Shown piece after piece: positions 57,106-64,000 of a DNA stretch of 64,000 nucleotides. The notes under the pieces are model-generated. The model saw only the letters and a list, made by a program, of their open reading frames with translations. It had not been told where the DNA came from and made no database searches. The position numbers were made by a program, and so were the translations under genes. Every line of letters starts with the position of its first letter. Positions within the stretch are counted from its first letter, which is position 1. This stretch comes from Usitatibacteraceae bacterium (GTDB lineage Bacteria; Pseudomonadota; Gammaproteobacteria; Burkholderiales; Usitatibacteraceae): assembly GCA_044346745.1 (NCBI GenBank), contig JBIIYQ010000001.1:26156-90155 (forward strand). Direction: 5' to 3'.

Positions 57106-58794
57106 TTAGTACGGGCTTGCTTGGTCATCCAATACGGCTCGCTTGTGGCGGGTGGCGACTGTGCCACCGAGTATCGACAACGCTACCGCCTCCGCAATCT
57201 TGATGCCGTCGACGCCGGCACTCATGATGCCGCCAGCGTATCCCGCCCCCTCTCCCGCCGGGAACAATCCTGCAGTGTTGACGCTTTGAAAATTATCGTC
57301 GCGCCGCGTAATCCGGATGGGCGATGACGTTCTTGTCTCAACTCCCGTCAGAACAGCATCATGCATCGCAAAGCCAGCAATCTGTTTGTCAAATGCTGGC
57401 AGCGCCTCACGCACAGCGTCGATTACAAAATCTGGCACACAAAGCGACAGGTCCGTCATCTTTACACCGGGTTTGTACGAAGGCACAACCGACCCAAGCG
57501 CGGTTGAGGCACGCCCTGCGAGAAAATCACCGACGAGTTGCGCAGGGGCATTGTAGTTTTCACCGCCAGACGCAAATGCAGCCGTCTCCCAACGTCGTTG
57601 AAAGTCGATGCCGGCTAGTACGTCGTCGGGATAGTCGACTGCCGGTGTGATGCCAACAACAATGCCTGCGTTGGCGTTTCGTTCGGTTCGCGAGTATTGA
57701 CTCATGCCGTTTGTCACCACACGCCCAACTTCTGAGGTTGCGGCCACCACAGTCCCGCCAGGGCACATACAAAAGCTGTAAACACTCCGCCCGTTCGAAG
57801 CGTGATGTACGAGTTTGTAATCGGCGGCACCTAACATCTGGTTGCCTGCGTTCGGCCCGAAGCGAGCGCGGTCGATCAGACCCTGCGGATGCTCGATTCG
57901 AAATCCAATCGAAAATGGTTTGGCTTCAACAAATACACCGCGTTCACGCAATTTTTGAAAGGTGTCGCGCGCACTGTGGCCGATAGCCAAGATGAGGTGA
58001 TCCGTCTTGATCGTTTCGCCGTTCTCGAGGACAACAGCCCGCAGATGTCGTTCTCCGGCACGCTCAGCGATGTCAAAATCGACCACCTTCTGCTTGAAGC
58101 GAATCTCGCCGCCAAGCGACTCAATGTTCGCCCGCATGATTTCTATCATTGATACCAGCTTGAAGGTGCCGATATGCGGCTTAGAGACGTACATTATTTC
58201 GGGCGGCGCACCAGCTGCGACGAACTCTCGCAGCACTTTCCGGCCAAGAAAATGCGGATCCTTAATTTGGCTCCACAGTTTGCCGTCAGAAAAAGTGCCG
58301 GCTCCCCCTTCGCCGAACTGCACGTTGGATTCAGGATTGAGAGTCGATTTGCGCCACAGCCCCCACGTATCTTGTGTGCGCTCACGGACTGCTTTCCCTC
58401 GTTCAAGCACAATCGGCCGAAAACCCATCTGCGCGAGCGTCAATGCCGCAAAGAGCCCGCACGGCCCAAGTCCGATCACGAGCGGTCTTGCGTTTGATAC
58501 CCCGGTCGGCGCGCGCGCGATGAATTTGTACTCCGTATCCGGCGTAGCGATTACCTTGGGGTCGCCACGAAACCTGCGGAGTACTTCCCCTTCATTGCTC
58601 AATTCAACGTCGAGCGTATAGACCAAAAGAATCTGTGCTTTCTTGCGCGCATCGTAGCCTCGGCGGTAGATCGAGAGGGCAAGCAAATCCTCACCCTTAA
58701 TCTTTAGGCGTGCCAAGACAGCGGCACGCAGCGCGGCAATATCGTCCTCACTGGAGGCGTCTAGCGGCAACTTTATTTCGTTCAAGCGAAGCAT
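57106..58794 (-). CDS. FAD-dependent oxidoreductase (COG2509-like, uncharacterised dehydrogenase)
   Basis: The ORF track starts at 58857; the ATG at 58794 gives MLRLNEIKLPLD... Dinucleotide fold: PLVIGLGPCGLFAALTLAQMGFRPIVLERG. C-terminal GLFPAGEGAGYAGGIMSAGVDG. Confidence 0.8.
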   Translation of the reverse strand: MLRLNEIKLPLDASSEDDIAALRAAVLARLKIKGEDLLALSIYRRGYDARKKAQILLVYTLDVELSNEGEVLRRFRGDPKVIATPDTEYKFIARAPTGVSNARPLVIGLGPCGLFAALTLAQMGFRPIVLERGKAVRERTQDTWGLWRKSTLNPESNVQFGEGGAGTFSDGKLWSQIKDPHFLGRKVLREFVAAGAPPEIMYVSKPHIGTFKLVSMIEIMRANIESLGGEIRFKQKVVDFDIAERAGERHLRAVVLENGETIKTDHLILAIGHSARDTFQKLRERGVFVEAKPFSIGFRIEHPQGLIDRARFGPNAGNQMLGAADYKLVHHASNGRSVYSFCMCPGGTVVAATSEVGRVVTNGMSQYSRTERNANAGIVVGITPAVDYPDDVLAGIDFQRRWETAAFASGGENYNAPAQLVGDFLAGRASTALGSVVPSYKPGVKMTDLSLCVPDFVIDAVREALPAFDKQIAGFAMHDAVLTGVETRTSSPIRITRRDDNFQSVNTAGLFPAGEGAGYAGGIMSAGVDGIKIAEAVALSILGGTVATRHKRAVLDDQASPY

Positions 58795-58855
58795 GATTGA
58801 GAACCGTCTATCTTCGTCTACCCAGTCGTGATTATCTATTGCTCTGTCTACCAAC

Positions 58856-58884
58856 AAAAAAGCCCGCAGAAGCGGGCTTTTTTG
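58856..58884 (-). terminator. Rho-independent terminator after rpsQ (bidirectional)
   Basis: Minus-strand RNA is AAAAAAGCCCGC-UUCU-GCGGGCUUUUUU, 20 nt after the rpsQ stop. Confidence 0.8.
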
Positions 58885-58903
58885 ATCTAAACCAAATCAA
58901 GAC

Positions 58904-59179
58904 TTATTCGACTTTTGCTTTCTCGACGAGTTTGGTGACTGCCCATGCTTTTGTCTTCGACATTGGCTTGGTTTCTTCGATAGTTACCGTATCACCCATC
59001 TTGAACTCGTTGTTCGGACTATGTGCGTGGTACTTCTTCGAACGGCGCAAAACTTTACCCAAGACCGGGTGCTTTACCGCGCGTTCAACCAGCACAGTAA
59101 CCGTTTTGTCCATCTTGTCGCTCGTGATAACGCCGGTCAGCGTACGCTTGCTTTTGGTGATTTCAGCAGTAGTCGTCAT
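58904..59179 (-). CDS. rpsQ: 30S ribosomal protein S17
   Basis: 91 aa: [42 protein letters not shown]. Confidence 0.95.
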   Translation of the reverse strand: MTTTAEITKSKRTLTGVITSDKMDKTVTVLVERAVKHPVLGKVLRRSKKYHAHSPNNEFKMGDTVTIEETKPMSKTKAWAVTKLVEKAKVE

Positions 59180-59373
59180 TATTGTGCCTTCGCTTTTTCG
59201 GTAAGGATGGTCTTGATCTGCGCAATCTCGCGCTTCACACGACCAAGCTCCGTCGTCTTAGACATTTGCTGCGTTGCAACCTGCATACGCATCGAAAATT
59301 GTGCGCGGCGCAGATCCAGCAATTCTTTGTTGAGGTCTTCCGGGGATTTCGCCCGCATTTCTTTGGTGTTCAT
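59179..59373 (-). CDS. rpmC: 50S ribosomal protein L29
   Basis: 64 aa: [31 protein letters not shown]. Confidence 0.93.
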   Translation of the reverse strand: MNTKEMRAKSPEDLNKELLDLRRAQFSMRMQVATQQMSKTTELGRVKREIAQIKTILTEKAKAQ

Positions 59374-59387
59374 GGCGTAGTCCTTTC

Positions 59388-59801
59388 TTAGCCCAACAGA
59401 CGATGTACAAACGTGGTCCGGATCGGCAGCTTTGCGGCGGCGAGTGCAAACGCCTCACGCGCCAATGTCTCTTGAACGCCGTCCATCTCATAAAGTACTT
59501 TGCCTGGCTGGATTTCAGCCACAAAATACTCAGGCGATCCCTTACCGTTACCCATACGAACTTCGGCAGGCTTCTTGGAGATTGGTTTATCCGGGAAAAT
59601 ACGAATCCACACGCGACCGCCACGCTTGATGTGACGTGTCATTGCGCGACGCGCAGCTTCGATTTGACGTGCGGTCAAACGACCGCGACCAACCGCCTTC
59701 AGACCAAACTCGCCGAACGAAACTTTGGCTCCCGTCGTGGCGATCCCTTTGTTCCGACCTTTTTGTTCTTTGCGATATTTTCTTCTAGCTGGCTGCAGCA
59801 T
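59388..59801 (-). CDS. rplP: 50S ribosomal protein L16
   Basis: The ATG at 59801 gives [22 protein letters not shown]... (137 aa). The ORF-track extension to 59864 is unlikely. Confidence 0.95.
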   Translation of the reverse strand: MLQPARRKYRKEQKGRNKGIATTGAKVSFGEFGLKAVGRGRLTARQIEAARRAMTRHIKRGGRVWIRIFPDKPISKKPAEVRMGNGKGSPEYFVAEIQPGKVLYEMDGVQETLAREAFALAAAKLPIRTTFVHRLLG

Positions 59802-60507
59802 TTTTCGCTCCTGGACGGCCACGCGGCTTACGCGCTGGCTCAGCTTGTGGCTCCGGTGCGGCAACCGGCGTTTCGCCCTTTGCCAGCATGTTGCCCTTGT
59901 AAACGAGAACTTGTACGCCGATCACGCCATAAGTCGTACGCGCTTCAGAAAAACCTTGATCGATATCTGCACGCAACGTGTGGAGTGGCACGCGCCCCTC
60001 GCGGTACCATTCGGTACGCGCAATCTCTGCACCGTTCAAGCGGCCGCTCGAAGTGATCTTGATACCTTGTGCACCCAAACGCATTGCGTTTTGCATCGCA
60101 CGCTTCATTGCACGACGGAACATCACACGCTTTTCGAGCTGTGCGGTAATACCATCAGCGATCAGCTGGGCATCGGTTTCTGGCTTGCGGATTTCTTCGA
60201 TGTTGACGTGCACCGGCACACCCATCATCTTGGAAAGGCTCACGCGCAGATTTTCAATATCTTCGCCTTTCTTACCGATCACCACACCTGGACGTGATGA
60301 ATAGATAGTGATCTTTGCGTTCTTCGCAGGACGCTCAATCACGATCTTGCCGACAGAGGCGCTGGCCAACTTCTTCTTCAAGTAGGTGCGGACTTTGATG
60401 TCTTCCAGCAACATGATCGGGAAGTTTTTGCTATTGGCGTACCACTTCGATGCGAAGTTTTTGGTGACGGCCAGGCGAAAACCGGTTGGGGAAATTTTTT
60501 GTCCCAT
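59785..60507 (-). CDS. rpsC: 30S ribosomal protein S3 (with basic/Pro-rich C-terminal extension overlapping the rplP start by 17 nt)
   Basis: 240 aa: [24 protein letters not shown]... Confidence 0.95.
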   Translation of the reverse strand: MGQKISPTGFRLAVTKNFASKWYANSKNFPIMLLEDIKVRTYLKKKLASASVGKIVIERPAKNAKITIYSSRPGVVIGKKGEDIENLRVSLSKMMGVPVHVNIEEIRKPETDAQLIADGITAQLEKRVMFRRAMKRAMQNAMRLGAQGIKITSSGRLNGAEIARTEWYREGRVPLHTLRADIDQGFSEARTTYGVIGVQVLVYKGNMLAKGETPVAAPEPQAEPARKPRGRPGAKNAAAS

Positions 60508-60516
60508 TGCGACTCC

Positions 60517-60855
60517 TTATTGCTTGCCGTCGCCGACGGTCACAAAAACGTGACATGTCGGTTTGACAATGCGGTTACCACGGCCTTTTGCGCGCGCGGT
60601 AAAGCGCTTCAATACAGGGCCCTTTTCAACGATGATCTTGGCGACTTTGAGGTCGTCAATGTCAGCACCGTTGTTATGCTCAGCATTTGCAATGGCGGAT
60701 TCCAACACCTTCTTGATGATCGTTGCGCCCTTTTTCGGCGTAAACGTGAGGATGTTGAGCGCTTGGTCTACTTTCTTGCCGCGAATGAGGTCAGCAACCA
60801 AACGGCCTTTTTGCGCGGAGAGGCGTACGCCCCAAAGATTAGCGGATACGTTCAT
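60517..60855 (-). CDS. rplV: 50S ribosomal protein L22
   Basis: 112 aa: [30 protein letters not shown]. Confidence 0.95.
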   Translation of the reverse strand: MNVSANLWGVRLSAQKGRLVADLIRGKKVDQALNILTFTPKKGATIIKKVLESAIANAEHNNGADIDDLKVAKIIVEKGPVLKRFTARAKGRGNRIVKPTCHVFVTVGDGKQ

Positions 60856-60867
60856 TGGTATCGCTCC

Positions 60868-61155
60868 TTATTTCTTGCCAGCCGCCGCAGCCTTCTTATC
60901 GGCTGGATGGCCTTTGAAGGTACGGGTCAAGGCGAATTCGCCCAACTTGTGGCCGACCATGTTTTCGCTGACGAACACCGGGATGTGCTGCTTCCCGTTG
61001 TGAACTGCGATGGTCAAACCAACAAAATCCGGCAGGATGGTGGAACGGCGCGACCAAGTCTTGATTGGCTTGCGGTCTTTGATGGCAGCGGCCTTTTCGA
61101 CCTTTGCTGCCAAGTGCCCGTCTACAAACGGGCCCTTCTTAATGGAACGTGCCAT
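60868..61155 (-). CDS. rpsS: 30S ribosomal protein S19
   Basis: 95 aa: [15 protein letters not shown] ... [35 protein letters not shown]. Confidence 0.95.
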   Translation of the reverse strand: MARSIKKGPFVDGHLAAKVEKAAAIKDRKPIKTWSRRSTILPDFVGLTIAVHNGKQHIPVFVSENMVGHKLGEFALTRTFKGHPADKKAAAAGKK

Positions 61156-61160
61156 GGCGG

Positions 61161-61982
61161 TTAACCTTTCCGACGATCGCGAACGATCATGTTCTGTGTG
61201 CGCTTGTTGGTGCGGGTCTTGAGACCCTTAGTTGCCTGCCCCCACGGCGTGCGTGGATGACCACCGCCGTTGGAACGACCACCGTGCGGGTGATCCACTG
61301 GGTTCATACAAATACCACGAACCGTAGGACGCCAGCCGCGCCAGCGATTTGCACCAGCCTTGCCGATTACGCGAAGTGCGTGCTCACCGTTACCAACCTC
61401 ACCGATAGTGGCGCGGCAGTCAACGTGAACCTTGCGAATCTCGCCGGAACGCATTCGAAGCTGTGCGTACAAACCCTCACGTGCCAGCAGTTGCACAGAA
61501 GCCCCAGCAGAGCGCGCCAACTGGGCACCCTTTCCTGGCAGCAACTCGATACAGTGAATCGTTGAACCAACCGGGATGTTGCGGATCGGCAAGCAGTTAC
61601 CGACTTTGATTGGCGCGTCTTGGCCGGATACAACTTGCTGGCCAACTTCGACACCTTTCGGAGCAATCATGTAGCGACGCTCGCCGTCTGCGTAACAAAG
61701 CAGAACAATGTTCGCGCTACGATTTGGATCGTATTCAAGACGCTCAACTTTTGCAACGATACCGTCTTTGTCGTTACGCTTGAAATCGATGATACGGTAG
61801 TGTTGCTTATGACCGCCACCTTGGTGACGCGTCGTGATATGGCCGTGGTGATTACGACCAGCATTTTTTGACTGCGGTTCCAGTAGCGCTGCGTGCGGCG
61901 CACCTTTATGCAGATCGGCATTGACCACCTTCAACATGCTGCGGCGGCCAGGCGAAGTCGGTTTTGTTTTAACGAGAGCCAT
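61161..61982 (-). CDS. rplB: 50S ribosomal protein L2
   Basis: The ATG at 61982 gives [21 protein letters not shown]... It overlaps the rplW stop by 1 nt. Confidence 0.95.
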   Translation of the reverse strand: MALVKTKPTSPGRRSMLKVVNADLHKGAPHAALLEPQSKNAGRNHHGHITTRHQGGGHKQHYRIIDFKRNDKDGIVAKVERLEYDPNRSANIVLLCYADGERRYMIAPKGVEVGQQVVSGQDAPIKVGNCLPIRNIPVGSTIHCIELLPGKGAQLARSAGASVQLLAREGLYAQLRMRSGEIRKVHVDCRATIGEVGNGEHALRVIGKAGANRWRGWRPTVRGICMNPVDHPHGGRSNGGGHPRTPWGQATKGLKTRTNKRTQNMIVRDRRKG

Positions 61983-62290
61983 TACACCGCCCCTTCCGTA
62001 AACTGGATGTCGCCATCGCCCTTCAAGCAAACATAAGCTTTCTTGACGTGATTGCGACGGCCTTCAAAACGTCCGTGACGTTTTGCTTTGCCTTTTTGGT
62101 TAACGATATTCACGCTAGCCACTTCAACTTTTTGATCTTTAAACAGGAGCTCAACCGCAGCTTTAACTTCGGCCTTGGTTGCGCTTTGCAGGACTTCGAA
62201 CACGACCTGCTTCTGCTTATCGGCCACCATGGTGGCCTTTTCGGAAATAACGGGTCGCAGTACGACCGTCAGAAGACGTTCGGCATTCAT
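61982..62290 (-). CDS. rplW: 50S ribosomal protein L23
   Basis: 102 aa: [24 protein letters not shown]. Confidence 0.93.
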   Translation of the reverse strand: MNAERLLTVVLRPVISEKATMVADKQKQVVFEVLQSATKAEVKAAVELLFKDQKVEVASVNIVNQKGKAKRHGRFEGRRNHVKKAYVCLKGDGDIQFTEGAV

Positions 62291-62907
62291 GCGAGCACCT
62301 CTTCAAATTGTTTGACTGCACCCTTAGTCAAAACCACATTCGCGAAGCGAACGAGGTTAACTGGGTCAGCGTGCTTAGCTTCAAGAACCATTACGTTCTC
62401 GAGGTTGCGCGAGGAAAGATACAAATTCTCGTTGAAGTTTTCGGTGATGATCAGCACCTGATCAAGCCCCATCCCCTTAAGCTTGGACACCAAACCCTTG
62501 GTCTTTGGAGCGTCGAGCGTCATATCTTCAACAACGGATAGGCGATTTTCTCGCACCAACTGAGAAAGAATCGCAGCGATACCCGCACGATACATCTTGC
62601 GGTTCAGTTTTTGTGTGAAGTTTTCGTCGGGCGAGTTCGGGAAAATCTTACCGCCGCCACGCCATAGCGGGGACGATGCCATACCCGCGCGAGCGCGGCC
62701 GGTGCCCTTTTGGCGCCACGGCTTTTTGGTCGACTTCTGAACGTCGCTACGACCTTTTTGCGCGCGGTTACCCGAACGTGCATTGGCCTGAAATGCAGTT
62801 ACAACTTGGTGGACAAGCGCTTCGTTGTAATCGCGGCCAAACAATTCTGCCGACGCTGCAACGGTACCCTCAGAGGCACCCTTGTCGTTAATTAGCTTTA
62901 GTTCCAT
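62287..62907 (-). CDS. rplD: 50S ribosomal protein L4
   Basis: 206 aa: [30 protein letters not shown]. Confidence 0.95.
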   Translation of the reverse strand: MELKLINDKGASEGTVAASAELFGRDYNEALVHQVVTAFQANARSGNRAQKGRSDVQKSTKKPWRQKGTGRARAGMASSPLWRGGGKIFPNSPDENFTQKLNRKMYRAGIAAILSQLVRENRLSVVEDMTLDAPKTKGLVSKLKGMGLDQVLIITENFNENLYLSSRNLENVMVLEAKHADPVNLVRFANVVLTKGAVKQFEEVLA

Positions 62908-63566
62908 TACTTGGCTCCTTTCGCTTTAGGAGCTTTGGCAGCGGGACGCACGACGATTGTTCCATTCTTTGCACCAGGAACCGCACCCTTTACCAAAATC
63001 AGCGAACGCGCAACATCAACGCGTGCGACTTCTAGCATAGGCATCGTAGAGGACACATCACCCAAATGGCCAGCCATGCGCTTACCAGGGAAAACTCGAC
63101 CTGGATCCTGCGCCATACCAATCGAGCCCGGAACGTTGTGCGACTTCGAGTTACCGTGCGATGCGCGGTTAGACGCAAAGTGGTGGCGCTTGATAACGCC
63201 CGAAAAGCCCTTACCCAGCGTGGTGCCCGACACATCAACCTTTTGGCCAACGGCGAACATTTCCACAGAGAGTACTTCGCCAACTTTTAATTCGGCGAGC
63301 TTTTCCGGCGAAACAGCAAATTCCTTTACGACTGAACCGGCTTCGACACCAGCTTTGGCGTAGTGGCCAGCTTGCGCTTTTGCCACGCGTGATGCACGGC
63401 GCGTTCCGAATGCTACCTGGACGCCTGCATACCCATCATTCTCAGGGGTTTTTAGTTGTGTGACTCGGTTATTCGACACATCAAGCACTGTCACGGGGAT
63501 GGCTGTACCATCATCCGCGAAGATGCGAGTCATGCCGACCTTCCGGCCGACGAGACCTAAGCTCAT
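62907..63566 (-). CDS. rplC: 50S ribosomal protein L3
   Basis: The ATG at 63566 gives [16 protein letters not shown]... (SD AAGGA 6 nt upstream). The ORF-track extension to 63593 is unlikely. Confidence 0.95.
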   Translation of the reverse strand: MSLGLVGRKVGMTRIFADDGTAIPVTVLDVSNNRVTQLKTPENDGYAGVQVAFGTRRASRVAKAQAGHYAKAGVEAGSVVKEFAVSPEKLAELKVGEVLSVEMFAVGQKVDVSGTTLGKGFSGVIKRHHFASNRASHGNSKSHNVPGSIGMAQDPGRVFPGKRMAGHLGDVSSTMPMLEVARVDVARSLILVKGAVPGAKNGTIVVRPAAKAPKAKGAK

Positions 63567-63709
63567 CTTCATTCCTTTTGTGATTAGCCTCATTTCACTT
63601 TAAAAATCAAAGCGTTACGAGGTGTCCGCTACAATTGGCGAACGGGTTATTTACTTGCTGCTGTTGCTTGTCGGCCTCTACGGCTCATTCCAAGCGGAAA
63701 AGAGGCGAA

Positions 63710-63738
63710 ATTATAATCGCCCCTTCTCAATAAATCAA
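63710..63738 (-). promoter_or_regulatory. promoter-like element TTGATT-N17-TATAAT in the long rpsJ-rplC spacer, overlapping a 12-bp hairpin
   Basis: The minus strand reads TTGATTtattgagaaggggcgatTATAAT. The same region folds as GAGAAGGGGCGA-UUAUAAUU-UCGCCUCUUUUC. Sequence match only. Confidence 0.3.
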
Positions 63739-63750
63739 ATACTTACGCGA

Positions 63751-64000
63751 TTACAACTTAATTTCTACATCTACGCCGGCTGGCAGATCAAGTTTCATCA
63801 ACGCGTCGACTGTCTTGTCCGTCGGGTCAATGATGTCCATCAAACGCAAATGGGTACGAATCTCCATCTGGTCGCGCGATGTTTTGTTGACGTGGGGCGA
63901 ACGCAAAAGATCGAAACGCTCAATCTTGGTTGGTAGCGGAACTGGGCCTTTTACGACCGCGCCGGTACGCTTCGCGGTTTCCACGATTTCCAAGGCCGAC
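63751..64000 (-). CDS. rpsJ: 30S ribosomal protein S10; N-terminus beyond the right window edge
   Basis: The ORF track begins at an internal TTG (63993), but the frame stays open to 64000 (..[39 protein letters not shown]...). Collinear with E. coli S10 from about residue 20. Confidence 0.93.
   Translation of the reverse strand, partial: SALEIVETAKRTGAVVKGPVPLPTKIERFDLLRSPHVNKTSRDQMEIRTHLRLMDIIDPTDKTVDALMKLDLPAGVDVEIKL

Noticed and set aside
2079-60056. Many long antisense or out-of-frame ORFs inside recognised genes (for example 2079..2732 +, 4235..4735 +, 6215..6880 +, 7965..8471 +, 19017..19460 +, 35755..36360 +, 46292..46876 -, 58007..58621 +, 59403..60056 +, 60499..61164 +)
   Set aside because: Each fully overlaps a gene with unmistakable conserved sequence on the other strand or frame. 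They have the Arg/Pro/Ser/Ala-rich composition typical of shadow ORFs in GC-rich DNA and no RBS.
1-64000. Search for CRISPR arrays, rRNA, tRNA and tmRNA genes, and tandem repeats
   Set aside because: I saw no regularly spaced direct repeats, no GGTTCGAATCC-type T-loops in a tRNA context and no rRNA-like conserved stretches in any intergenic region. Low-complexity Ala/Pro-coding stretches (for example 39012-39130 and 29804-29880) are coding tails, not repeats.

Overview
This window looks like core chromosome of a Burkholderiales-type betaproteobacterium. That call rests on gene order (rplM-rpsI-erpA, rpe-gph-trpE, coq7 and ubiH paralogues, ssb/uvrA). The DNA is moderately GC-rich and almost every gene is on the minus strand.

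Left to right:
- partial fadE with a TetR regulator
- secreted HExxH metalloprotease
- erpA
- bactofilin plus a coiled-coil partner
- rpsI-rplM
- osmC, coq7, a porin
- trpC-trpD-trpG
- a ~9.8 kb integrative element (13655-23486)
- ltaE-trpE, preceded by a Trp-rich leader peptide
- gph, rpe, apaG, mltA, a DsbC-like gene
- two UbiH-family hydroxylases
- pepP, an AT-rich periplasmic gene, isoaspartyl peptidase, aspS
- DUF502 and FmdB genes, a quinone oxidoreductase
- a 575-bp inverted repeat element
- ssb/uvrA and a glycerate kinase
- a 17-kb ribosomal-protein superoperon (rplQ back to rpsJ), interrupted between rpsQ and rplN by two oxidoreductase genes

The most interesting region is the integrative element. 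It is flanked by a 23-nt direct repeat that is the first 7 codons of trpG. Its backbone is a P4-type integrase, AlpA and a Toprim/RecA-fold primase-helicase. It also carries an AT-rich cargo of uncharacterised genes: an NYN nuclease, a tail-anchored protein, a small/membrane-protein operon and a secreted protein. That cargo is the best candidate here for an undescribed (possibly anti-phage) system.

I found no rRNA, tRNA or CRISPR array. The ORF track misses three real genes: fadE at the left edge, rpmJ (37 aa), and the edge-truncated part of rpsJ. It also writes alternative start codons as M, so several listed ORFs carry spurious N-terminal extensions. All functional calls come from my own reading of the translations; no database search was possible.
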